64,000 nt of DNA. Origin: a virus. The position numbers were made by a program, and so were the translations under genes. This document shows positions 28,601-37,616 of this stretch, piece by piece (the stretch's first letter is position 1; the number at the start of each line of letters is the position of its first letter). The notes beneath the pieces are model-generated. The model was given only the letters and a program-made list of their open reading frames with translations, ran no database searches and was not told where the DNA came from. The DNA is taken from IMG/VR virus record IMGVR_UViG_3300025645_000047, positions 26,571 to 90,570 of that record; one strand, given 5' to 3'.

Positions 28601-31012
28601 GATGCAATGCTTGCCAATGAAGGTAAAGCAGAAACAACTATTAAGCACACTGGTGGAGGTGAGTTACAAATACAGCCTAGTGTAAAAGGAGTTAAGGCAG
28701 AGAATAACATAAAAGATCTTAAGCAGGTTAAGGCAGAACAGAAAAAAGGTAATCCTCCTAGAATATTATTTTCTGATATAGATGGAGCGTTAAATGAAAT
28801 AGATGAAAGTAAGAGTACTCTTGCTAATGAGTTTAGAAAAATAAAACTTGTTGCTGGAAACAATTCAGAAGGCCAGAAAGTCCCATACAAAGGTGGTTTA
28901 TTTCTTGTATTAAAGAAAGCTGATGGAACTCCTTTTCCTGTACGTCTAAACTTAAAATACAATACTAAAGATCAATCAGAGGTATTGGCTGACTTGCTTT
29001 TGGATGTTAGTGTTCCTGGAAAAATAGGAGAGAAAACCAAATACTCACTTACTGATCCACTATCATTCCTTGACCAAGACTTACAAGATAGGATTAAATT
29101 AGAAATGGGACCTGAAATAGAAATGCTTGGTGGTGTTTCAAGCGATCCAACTTTGACTGACATAATAAATGCTTTTGTATTTGTTAATGAAAGCACTCAG
29201 GGATCTAAGTCTCAATTGTTTATGAAGTCTGGTGAATTGCACTTTGGAGAAATGGGTAACAGTATTTCAGCAGAGAGTGCATTAGGAAGAAGAGAAGAGT
29301 TAGTTACGTTTTTAACAGAAGTTAAAAGAAGACAGTTTAGTATTAAGATGTGGAATGACACTGAAAACTATCCTGGATATAGAGATTTTATGATGGACAA
29401 TGGTATTATAAATACTAATGTTGTTGTTGGCCAAGATGAATTTCAATCAAGTCAGCCTGAAGAAGGTACAGGAAAAGTAGCCAGAAGAGTTCAGATATAC
29501 ATGGCACCTCTTGCACCAGTAGCGTCAGATAAGCCAGCAGAAGTTGTTCAAAATAAAGAATCAGTTACTAAAACTGTTGTTGATTCATCTAACAGCTTAC
29601 CTAGTGATCCTTCTACAGATGTTAAAGAAAAGACTGAGCCAGCACCATTTGAAGTAAATGCTGCTATTAAAAAGAAGTTTAAAGGTATTCTGTATCTTGA
29701 CGGTAAGTTTGTGCAACTTCAGGGAATGAAGGAAGTGACTGACAAAGAAACTCTTAAAGAGCTTAACAAGATTAAAGACGATTTATTTAAAGACTTTAAT
29801 GACAAAAAAGAAAAAGCAAAAAAAGTTGTAACTGAAGCTAAAGAAAAAGAGATAGCTTCTGAAATGACAGAAAAAGAAACGTCATTAAAAGATGCTAAAG
29901 ATCAACTAGATTTTGAAATAGAAAGATTAGATGACATAGATACTTCTGAAGAAGCAAACATAGTAAGCAAAGATGAGGTTGCAGAAAAGAAGAGACAAGC
30001 TAGAGAGAGATATGTTCAGAAAGTACAAGAGATAAAAAAGGAATATGCTCCTGCACCTGTAACGCCAGCTCCATCTGAAAAGCAAACAATTACAAAGAAA
30101 ATCTTTGATGTAATGGGTAATGAAGAAATGGGTTATGATGTCATGGAACTTACTGAGGATGGTTTAATCACTGATGGCCAAGGATCCCTTAGTAAGGATG
30201 AGGCAGAAGAGTATGCAGCTAAGCTTCAGTATGATGCAAACAAGGCACCAACACCACAAACTAGTGAGGTTGAAACAAATGAGGCTAAGATAAAAGAGTT
30301 AAGGGATCAAGAACAAAATGAGTTACTTGACGCTATTCCTAACGCTGAAAAGTATCTTACAAATGGAAAAGTAGACAAGACTAAAATAAAAAATAAAAAG
30401 TACATAGCTAAGTTTGAAAAGATATACAACAAGTATGATAAGCTTATATCTCCTTTAATGGTAGAAGAGACATCTCCAGCTAATGAAACCTCTACAACTA
30501 CTATAGAAAGGTTAAAAGAAATAGGGTTTGTATATCCTTTTTCAGAAAATGACAAAAGTGGTGCGTATTATGAGAACCATCCTGAATATAAAATAACTAT
30601 AGACGGTACTAAAGTTACAACTTTTCCATGGTCTGAAAGCACTAGTGAAGCAAACATCTCTGACAATAGCCAAAAAGTAACATCTGGAAAAGCTGTTGAT
30701 GATAGCAATCCTACTGTATACAAATTTGACACAGCTGCAGAAGCTAGATTAAAAGCAGAAGAGTTGTCTAGAATAACCCCAAAAGCTGATGATACCAAAA
30801 TTAGTAAGAAAGACAGTAAAGACTTACCTTTAACAAATAATAGAAAAGTAAGAAAGCAATCTAATTCTAGTTCATTAATAGTAGATACCGGTGCTTCTAG
30901 AAGAAGACCTAGAAATACTGAAGAAGTAACTGATGATGATGTTAAACCTAAAGATGAAAAGAAAAATATAGAATGTACTCCAGGAGGAGGGCAAATGAAA
31001 ATAGATTTTTAA
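25622..31012 (+). CDS. Giant virion/ejection protein (first of three giant genes)
   Basis: 1796 aa; Gly/Ala amphipathic N-terminal segments with SEAGEEGYQ, long coiled coils, low-complexity C-terminal linkers. Confidence 0.7.
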   Translation: MLEENLIGIDELLDSSLEIVEDPRDDLISDEEYQELSNYGIQKKGAQWRENIDVGDTGFGDSQWDEGATIEEVQGTAGTAGLQGRRSTLQPWQDQLANAVTQAVVGEIIGGTIEGVGYLLDWQGMANLANGSEKEYTNWFSNIGKGIREKTQDLTQIHERSPGEMDLFDSGYWFKNSVSVASTLSMMLPSMAAAKGLGMLGRGASKLIGKGMARGAKKIGRELSEEAFDVATKMGVQAEWMTSGISEAVVSRHIENSMEASGTFEEIYEERLKQVNPKTGAYFTEGEARQSAANAASENYKNGWAMLAQDMLQYLSIGKVFNPVTRQMEVARKFTTASKAPAWLKKAGAVTGTFASEAGEEGYQHFIASKAALNSELNAGLISEEEYKSQLGEVMSSDEAMTSMLFGGLGGSVFQMVGPKANQLFKSKSKKEFEENAGQLFSTALENRAKIHAALQVQKNNAEEFGTEEEIQAAQDDIILNMVLDGIDTDNVEMTMEAMKNEPEMTAEEIAKFKEETDLEWDPAVAKAGAERALEVAARVKEIHYRNRNKAKNKNVAPSIVQDMTRIEFQNEEYGKQITKIKKDNKKRIDDIQFDSFLKPMDNFREKKDLEAKIAATKEVIGRTEERLAKSKDEDSIKTKKDLIKSHNSNLLKMQNRVSEIGKEDIDPKTGKTNRDADQIEANKKGEVVYNDGLMAEIAGGYLRELQLNDAITENQNSLKRLNDKAFQKQKVVKDGIRGIKEATDISALENYQAGIESGQVQGYENAEDKKKIDEAIKEKIAELKEKELKDNQAIEEEKIKAELLAKAAAENAKLNSVGETVTTPVDEAVEDTFFFEEALIEEELQDKAEEHTEVLTGNGKTVSPLDDNENTSGPYREWIHNGFDKIGTVITYASHTRRGFHRAYQNRKTPAGRAYNTYNDLLERAKKGEKITVPQNVYDNLPIAANVGEVGGSIYTVMPSYPRKTKQDGPKRYAEKLRKYQENYAAERKHIIDAMLANEGKAETTIKHTGGGELQIQPSVKGVKAENNIKDLKQVKAEQKKGNPPRILFSDIDGALNEIDESKSTLANEFRKIKLVAGNNSEGQKVPYKGGLFLVLKKADGTPFPVRLNLKYNTKDQSEVLADLLLDVSVPGKIGEKTKYSLTDPLSFLDQDLQDRIKLEMGPEIEMLGGVSSDPTLTDIINAFVFVNESTQGSKSQLFMKSGELHFGEMGNSISAESALGRREELVTFLTEVKRRQFSIKMWNDTENYPGYRDFMMDNGIINTNVVVGQDEFQSSQPEEGTGKVARRVQIYMAPLAPVASDKPAEVVQNKESVTKTVVDSSNSLPSDPSTDVKEKTEPAPFEVNAAIKKKFKGILYLDGKFVQLQGMKEVTDKETLKELNKIKDDLFKDFNDKKEKAKKVVTEAKEKEIASEMTEKETSLKDAKDQLDFEIERLDDIDTSEEANIVSKDEVAEKKRQARERYVQKVQEIKKEYAPAPVTPAPSEKQTITKKIFDVMGNEEMGYDVMELTEDGLITDGQGSLSKDEAEEYAAKLQYDANKAPTPQTSEVETNEAKIKELRDQEQNELLDAIPNAEKYLTNGKVDKTKIKNKKYIAKFEKIYNKYDKLISPLMVEETSPANETSTTTIERLKEIGFVYPFSENDKSGAYYENHPEYKITIDGTKVTTFPWSESTSEANISDNSQKVTSGKAVDDSNPTVYKFDTAAEARLKAEELSRITPKADDTKISKKDSKDLPLTNNRKVRKQSNSSSLIVDTGASRRRPRNTEEVTDDDVKPKDEKKNIECTPGGGQMKIDF

Positions 31013-31025
31013 AACTTAATATATA

Positions 31026-34000
31026 ATGAAATACTGTAGCGTTAAAAACCCGGCAAATGGGAAAAAATCCGAATTGCACGAACAATTAGCAGATGTATTT
31101 AAAGACCTTCAATTAGCTGAAACTGCATACGCAGAAGTAACAGGTCCAACTTTTAAAGAAAGGTTTGGAGACTGGGAAAAAGCTTTTAAAGAGGGCTACC
31201 CTGATGGTCTTAAAGACATAGGGTTAGTAGACCCAAAAAATGGAGAGCCAGTCTTGAAGAAAAATTTAGCTAATGGAATGTGGTATTACACAGAAGCTGA
31301 TGGCATAACAAAAGATTACTTAAACATGGTATCTCTTGCTGCTTTTACTGCACAACAAATAGAAGAGGTTACTGATCATCTTTTATTTAGATTTATATTA
31401 GACGGAGGGCCTAGCAAATCTTTAAATGAATACAATCCAAACGAGCTTGAGAAAGGTCGTGTAATGGAGTCTATTGAGCAAAGTATAGCAGCATATAAAG
31501 AATCTATAAAAGACAAACCTAACAGGGCTGAGTTGCTAGAAAAGATAGAGCTAGTTGAAAGTAATAAAGAAGAGTATAGAAAAAATCTAATTTCATACAT
31601 AGAGTCTTTAGGTATGAAAGTTAGAGAAAGAGTTACTGATGCCCAGGGTAATCCAGTAACTGAAGTATCAGCTGAAGATAAAGGAGGAGGATTGAACATG
31701 CAAGATTCTTTTGAAACCAACTCTAAAGATACAGCAAGCGTAAACACAAAAATATTTCTATCTCAAATTGAAAATAGAGTTTACGGAGAAGTAATAGATC
31801 CAGAAACAGGAAAGACCTTACTTAAAGAAGACGGAACACCAGACTTACAGTCTATTCCATTATCTAATGGATATCTAGAAACAGAATCATTTGCTAAATT
31901 TGATGACGTATGGGATACACTAAAAAGTGTTCTTACAGACGAAGTTGGTTATGGCTATGGGGAAAATGTTGTTGATATATTTGATGTAATGTACAACAAG
32001 CTTGACAACATAAAAGAGTCTAAGCTTTGGATGCACGACTTGCTAGATAAGCTTGACAGGATGAGAAGTGATCCTAATTCTAGGAACAAAATTACTCAGT
32101 TTGTACAGGCAATGACAGGGACACAAGTAAACTTCTATGTAACACAACACGATAACGGTAACTACACTGTTATGAATGCTACTTCTACAAATAGCAAGCA
32201 AAGTAAAGTTACAAATAAATGGTATAATTCTTTTGACGCAAGGTATTTAACCGAGGGTGTATTAAAAGAAAATGAAAGAGCACAACTAGAAAAGGAATAT
32301 GATGAGCTTGTTTATCTTCAAGAACAATACAATGAAGATATAGCAAAGATAGGTATAAAGGCTAACACTCCTCTTACTGAAATACAGGAGGAGCAAAGAA
32401 GAATAGCAGTTAATTATGCAGCATTAGATCTTTCTACTGTCTATAACAAATTAGGAGCTGACGAGGTTAGACCTAAAGATTTCCAAACAATGTTTAACTT
32501 AAATGGAGGAGATAATAAGGCAATAGACATTCTTGATGACCAATACAAAAGAGCATTATACTTGTTTAAAACTATATTAGATAAAGATTTTAAGTTTAAA
32601 GATGCAGAAGGTAATCAAGAAAATATATTTAACAAAGAAGTGTCTACTAAGCTTCTAGCAAATGCTATTGGTTGGGATACTGGAGACATGTCTGAAATGT
32701 CTGTATTATTAACTAATGGTAAAACAGGTTACGCAGTAACAAATCCTACTTATGTTTCTAATAAAATTAATGAATGGAAAAAAGATCCAACTGAATTAGA
32801 AAATTTATTGCTAGATAAAGGAAAGCAAAACTCTAGATGGATTAATTACTTGCTTGCAAAGGATGAGCCAAACAGGAATAAAAGAAAAGTAAAGATGCAA
32901 AAAAGACTTGATGATTTTGGCCATGGGCTTGACTCTGCATTTAAGTCTAAAGGAAAAAATGACGGTGTTTCTAATGTAGAGATTACTTTAAATGACCAGA
33001 TTAATGCTAATATGGTTCAGATGCTTAATGACAAATTAGGAGCAAATGAAAAGTCATTTTTTCCAACAATAATTGCTGCTGACAAATCAAGAAGAATATT
33101 ATTCTCAGGTATTAAATCATTTGATTCAGGTATAAGAAAAAGCCCACAAGGTGATATTTACATATCTCCTAGCTCTATTAATGTTGCTTTTGGGTATTTC
33201 CTAGATGAATACAACAGAATGAAAAGGGTTAATCGTGAAAACAACGACCCAAATATAAAGAAAGCCATTCACTATCACGCTAGAATAGTTGATGGTAAGG
33301 TAGAAGATATTGGAAATGGACAAAGATCCCAAATATTTCCTCAGTTTGACAAAGACAGCAAGGATCCAAAATATGCAGATTTAAGAAGAATGCTTTATGG
33401 TGATTCGTTTAAGGATGATAAGTTTGACAAACTTAGTTCATCTCAAGAAGAAATTGTAAAGAAACACATTAAAGAAAGTATTCAAGAAAGAGTACAAGAA
33501 ACTGCAGATAGACTTAAAGGAATTAGCGGAACTAGTAAAGCTTTAATAAAGCACTATGGTATTAATGAGGGAGGCCTTGACCCTGATTACACAACATTAG
33601 CTGGTGATTATTTTATGAATGGGCTTATATCTTCTGTTGAGTATACTAAAATGTTTTCAGGTGATCCAGCTTATTACAAAAACAATGCGGATTTAATTAA
33701 GCGTATTCCTGCTACTTACACAGATGGACTACAGCTTAGAATAGATAGTAAAGATGCACTTATATTTAACCAAGCAACAATAAATGGTGTTGAAGTTGCT
33801 TCAAGATATGTTGACAAGATATTAGCTTCTGTTACAGATAAATCTATTGCACTAGCTTATGGTAAGACTGTAGATGAGAAGGGTAATCCAATAGGAAACA
33901 ATGTTAATACTACTGATGCACAAGCATGGATTACTCCACGTAGATGGAGATTCATTAAGCAAAAGCTTGGCCAGTGGGGACCTCAGCATGATAAGGTTTA

Positions 34001-37000
34001 TAAGAAAATGAGAGAAGGTAAGCAGCTAGAGCCTAATGAGGCAAAATTAGCAGCACAGCCTCTTAAAGGTGTTTACTTTGAAATTAATGAAGGAAGACCA
34101 GTGTATTTAAAGTATTCTCAAGCTGTATTAATACCTTCTTTAGTTAAAGGTACTCCAATGCAAGCTTTGTATGATAAAATGACAAAAGATCCTGAGACTG
34201 GAAAAGAGTACGCAGACAATGAGGCTCACTTAGAGATCCATGAAGTTGTAACTTTAGATGGTATAAAAGTAGGTGCTATTGAACCAACAACTATCAACAA
34301 GCCAGGAACAACTGAATTAGCAGATGAGTTTGAATTAAATCCTCAAGTGTTAAACAACAGGGGATGGAAGCTTCAACAGGATTTGCCTATTAAAAACATG
34401 AAAGAAACAAATGTTGGTTCTCAAATTCAAAAGAATATTTTTGAAGGAATGGACATGACTGGTGAGTATGTTGTAAATGGGAAAACAGTAGATGGAACTA
34501 CATTAGCTCAAAATATGCATGATGCTGTATCTAGATTATCTGATTTAGGTAAGGAAAAATTAATAGAAGACTACGGCATTGATGCAAATGGAAAAATTAC
34601 AAACAAAGATAAAATATACGCTGCACTCATAAGAGAGTTTAAAGATAGGGGAGGTAATGACAATATTGTTACTGCACTTGAAAAAGGAACTCCATTTGAT
34701 GCAATGCCTCAAATTAGAGGTAAAGTTGAAAGTATCTTTATGTCTATAATGAACAGGGCACTTACCAAGATTACCACACAAGGTGGTAGCTTTATTCAGG
34801 TATCTCCATTTGGATTTGAAAAGATAGATCCAAAAGATTCTGGAATTATAGTAGTGTCAGAAGACTACAATGGTGAAGGTCTACTTCCCCCAAGAATTGT
34901 AGATGGCAAAGTATTACCTGGCCAAGCAATGATACCTCACTCACAAGCTATAAAGCTTTTGAAAAAGCACGGTATTACATTAGAAGGTAAGACTATGAAG
35001 TCTGCAATGTCATTGTTAGATCCTAGTGTATTAGAGTTAGTTACATATAGAATACCTAACCAAGGGATGTCTTCTAATGACTACTTACAGATAGTTGGTG
35101 TATTGCCACAAGGTGTTGGAGATAGTATATTAGTGTACGATGGATTGCCTGCAAAGACAGGTAGTGATTTTGATATTGACAAATTGTTTGTAATGCAAAA
35201 CAATATTGTATACGATACAGAAACAGGAAAAGTAACAAAGCTAACTAGAGAAAACTCACATCTTGCTGTTAAGACTTTAGGTAAGCGTGCATACACTGAC
35301 AAGAAAACTGGAAAGAAAGTTCCAGCTACTCCAGACATTATGTACAGTAGTGTTGAAATAGAAAAAATGCTAGTTCAAAATGACCTTGTAGCAAACTATA
35401 AGGCTGTATTGAACTCTCCAAAAAACTATGACGCAATGATGAGGTCTATTGATGGAGCTCAACTAAAAGATGATATTGTAGGTACTAAAAAGAATGGGTT
35501 TAAAGATGGATTATTTCCTGCACCTGTAATGAAAAATATGGAGTTGTTTTCTCCACTTGTACAGCTTGAAACTAAAAACGCTTATTTATCAGGTAAAATG
35601 GGCGTAGGGCAGACTGCCAATCATTTAGTTGACCATGTAATGAATCAATCATTAAATATTGAGTTCAATAGATGGATAGGAGTAGGAAACGTAAGATACG
35701 AGAAGATTACCACAGGAAAAAGAAAAGGCCAAATGAAGCCAATAACTTTCTTTGATCGTGAAACAACAGATAAGCATTCAATTGCTGATAATCTATCTGC
35801 ATTCCTTAATGCTTATGTTGATATTGCAAAAGATCCTTATATTTCTCGTGCTAACCACAACTCTATTACAGCAAACACATCTTTTATGTTGCTTAGAGCA
35901 GGTGCTAGCATGAAGTTTGTAAACAGATTTATTGGACAGCCAATACTAAGAGAACTTGTACAGTTGCAAATGGAGCAGCAAAGTATTACTGCTTCAGAAT
36001 TAACTAATATGGATGAACAAGGAAACAAGGATCCATTTAAAGTAGCTCCAATGGATGCTATACTTTCTAAGTATTTTGGTAATCGTAAGATTCCATCAGT
36101 AGTTAGTGGTAAAACTGTAGCTGACCTTAGTGACTCTAAATTAGAAGCAAACATAAAAAACAGAGATGCAGGTTCTGAAATGGAGTTTAATGTATTAAAA
36201 GCTTGGTCAATGCTTCAGGAGCAAGGTAAAATATTTGGTGAAGCAGTAATTGCTGCCAAATCTGACACTGCTGGTGCAGGTGGTTCTAATGTTGACAGAA
36301 TGGTTAATGAAAACAAAATAAAAAAAATTATTAGTACAGGTGAAGTAGTTAACTTTTCTGAAAAGTACAAGGACACTATGCTTGGAACTTATAAAGAAAA
36401 TACTCTAGACTGGGTTAAAAGTGTAGTAAAAAATTCTGATTTATTTTTATCAGGAACTCAGATGGCTGAAAATGTATTTAATAACATATCATCTTTAACT
36501 GCAAATGGAGAATACCTTGTAGATGCAAAGCTTGGTAAGTCTATTGATGCTGGGTTTTACTCATACATAATGTCTGGAACTAAATTATTTAAGGATAGTT
36601 TTAAAAAGTATAATTCAATAACTACAAATGTACCTTTATCAGTAGAAAAGAAACAAGAAGGTATAATAGCAGGAACTGAAGAAAGAAATCATCTTATAGA
36701 AAATTTAGAAATTGAAATACGTAAGGGAAAAAAATACTTAGGAATAAACAATAAAGATAAACCAAAGCATTACCAAGAGCAAATATATAGAGGATGGATG
36801 CAGCTGTACAATAAATTTTACAAGAATGAAGACGGCAGTATAAATAAAGATAAAATACATCCTGATAGAAAGTTAGCTTTAGATCTTGCTAGGTATTCAT
36901 TTATTGGATCTGGATTTCAAAATAATCTAACTCAATTCTTTACACATATACCTCATCAAATACTTAAAGACAATAACTTAAATAAAGAGATTAAAGACAT

Positions 37001-37616
37001 CATAAGAAATAACAATAATGAAAATAATCTAGAAAGTGACTCTGAGTTTGTTGATCAACTATTAAGACATAGTATAAAAGATCCAAAAGTAATTAAAAGT
37101 CTTAAGATTAAGAACATGGATGGTTCAGCAACTGCTTTTACATATAAACCAGCTAAAATTAAAAGTCAAGAGTTTGGTAATGTTCAAAACAATGAAAGAA
37201 TATTTCCTAAATTTGTAGCAGGAAGAGTAGGTTATGATTCTTTTTTGTACGAAATGAAAGGTACTGTAGAAAAAACAGATGCTGATGGAGGTACTATGAG
37301 AGTTCCAGTTTATATTCGTACATTTACACTAGGAACTAAAGAGGGAAAATATAATACTGTTGAGTATAGTAGAGGGACTAAAATTAGTGAGTCTAATAAT
37401 AATGCAAACAACGTTCTGCCATCAATTCAATTGAAAGCCCAGGAATACTTAGATAACATAATGATTAACAACAAGACTTTCAAAGACATGAATGGAAATC
37501 CTTTAGACAGTATTTCTATAGAAAGTATTAATCAGATAAGAAAAAGTAATGTAGAGGCTGTTGTTGAGAATTTAGATCAAATAATAGAGGATAATAATAT
37601 TAAATGTGTGCTATAA
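31026..37616 (+). CDS. Virion-packaged single-chain DNA-dependent RNA polymerase (phi14:2 gp66-like)
   Basis: 2196 aa; catalytic GSDFDIDKLF (DFDID at 35166-35180), YRIPNQG, TDAQAWIT, FSGDPAYYK, AYVDIAKDPYI. Confidence 0.92.
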   Translation: MKYCSVKNPANGKKSELHEQLADVFKDLQLAETAYAEVTGPTFKERFGDWEKAFKEGYPDGLKDIGLVDPKNGEPVLKKNLANGMWYYTEADGITKDYLNMVSLAAFTAQQIEEVTDHLLFRFILDGGPSKSLNEYNPNELEKGRVMESIEQSIAAYKESIKDKPNRAELLEKIELVESNKEEYRKNLISYIESLGMKVRERVTDAQGNPVTEVSAEDKGGGLNMQDSFETNSKDTASVNTKIFLSQIENRVYGEVIDPETGKTLLKEDGTPDLQSIPLSNGYLETESFAKFDDVWDTLKSVLTDEVGYGYGENVVDIFDVMYNKLDNIKESKLWMHDLLDKLDRMRSDPNSRNKITQFVQAMTGTQVNFYVTQHDNGNYTVMNATSTNSKQSKVTNKWYNSFDARYLTEGVLKENERAQLEKEYDELVYLQEQYNEDIAKIGIKANTPLTEIQEEQRRIAVNYAALDLSTVYNKLGADEVRPKDFQTMFNLNGGDNKAIDILDDQYKRALYLFKTILDKDFKFKDAEGNQENIFNKEVSTKLLANAIGWDTGDMSEMSVLLTNGKTGYAVTNPTYVSNKINEWKKDPTELENLLLDKGKQNSRWINYLLAKDEPNRNKRKVKMQKRLDDFGHGLDSAFKSKGKNDGVSNVEITLNDQINANMVQMLNDKLGANEKSFFPTIIAADKSRRILFSGIKSFDSGIRKSPQGDIYISPSSINVAFGYFLDEYNRMKRVNRENNDPNIKKAIHYHARIVDGKVEDIGNGQRSQIFPQFDKDSKDPKYADLRRMLYGDSFKDDKFDKLSSSQEEIVKKHIKESIQERVQETADRLKGISGTSKALIKHYGINEGGLDPDYTTLAGDYFMNGLISSVEYTKMFSGDPAYYKNNADLIKRIPATYTDGLQLRIDSKDALIFNQATINGVEVASRYVDKILASVTDKSIALAYGKTVDEKGNPIGNNVNTTDAQAWITPRRWRFIKQKLGQWGPQHDKVYKKMREGKQLEPNEAKLAAQPLKGVYFEINEGRPVYLKYSQAVLIPSLVKGTPMQALYDKMTKDPETGKEYADNEAHLEIHEVVTLDGIKVGAIEPTTINKPGTTELADEFELNPQVLNNRGWKLQQDLPIKNMKETNVGSQIQKNIFEGMDMTGEYVVNGKTVDGTTLAQNMHDAVSRLSDLGKEKLIEDYGIDANGKITNKDKIYAALIREFKDRGGNDNIVTALEKGTPFDAMPQIRGKVESIFMSIMNRALTKITTQGGSFIQVSPFGFEKIDPKDSGIIVVSEDYNGEGLLPPRIVDGKVLPGQAMIPHSQAIKLLKKHGITLEGKTMKSAMSLLDPSVLELVTYRIPNQGMSSNDYLQIVGVLPQGVGDSILVYDGLPAKTGSDFDIDKLFVMQNNIVYDTETGKVTKLTRENSHLAVKTLGKRAYTDKKTGKKVPATPDIMYSSVEIEKMLVQNDLVANYKAVLNSPKNYDAMMRSIDGAQLKDDIVGTKKNGFKDGLFPAPVMKNMELFSPLVQLETKNAYLSGKMGVGQTANHLVDHVMNQSLNIEFNRWIGVGNVRYEKITTGKRKGQMKPITFFDRETTDKHSIADNLSAFLNAYVDIAKDPYISRANHNSITANTSFMLLRAGASMKFVNRFIGQPILRELVQLQMEQQSITASELTNMDEQGNKDPFKVAPMDAILSKYFGNRKIPSVVSGKTVADLSDSKLEANIKNRDAGSEMEFNVLKAWSMLQEQGKIFGEAVIAAKSDTAGAGGSNVDRMVNENKIKKIISTGEVVNFSEKYKDTMLGTYKENTLDWVKSVVKNSDLFLSGTQMAENVFNNISSLTANGEYLVDAKLGKSIDAGFYSYIMSGTKLFKDSFKKYNSITTNVPLSVEKKQEGIIAGTEERNHLIENLEIEIRKGKKYLGINNKDKPKHYQEQIYRGWMQLYNKFYKNEDGSINKDKIHPDRKLALDLARYSFIGSGFQNNLTQFFTHIPHQILKDNNLNKEIKDIIRNNNNENNLESDSEFVDQLLRHSIKDPKVIKSLKIKNMDGSATAFTYKPAKIKSQEFGNVQNNERIFPKFVAGRVGYDSFLYEMKGTVEKTDADGGTMRVPVYIRTFTLGTKEGKYNTVEYSRGTKISESNNNANNVLPSIQLKAQEYLDNIMINNKTFKDMNGNPLDSISIESINQIRKSNVEAVVENLDQIIEDNNIKCVL

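Noticed and set aside
37604-37615. Upstream start MCAI for the last giant protein, which would add a fifth Cys
   Set aside because: The ATG at 37616 overlaps the RNAP stop (TAATG), the coupling used elsewhere in this genome. Even if the upstream start is used, the extra Cys is still N-terminal.
31026-37616. Intein or intron in the RNAP (also considered for MCP and the helicases)
   Set aside because: No internal Cys, and no intein block or LAGLIDADG motif recognised; the size is close to the recalled ~2180-aa phi14:2 enzyme.
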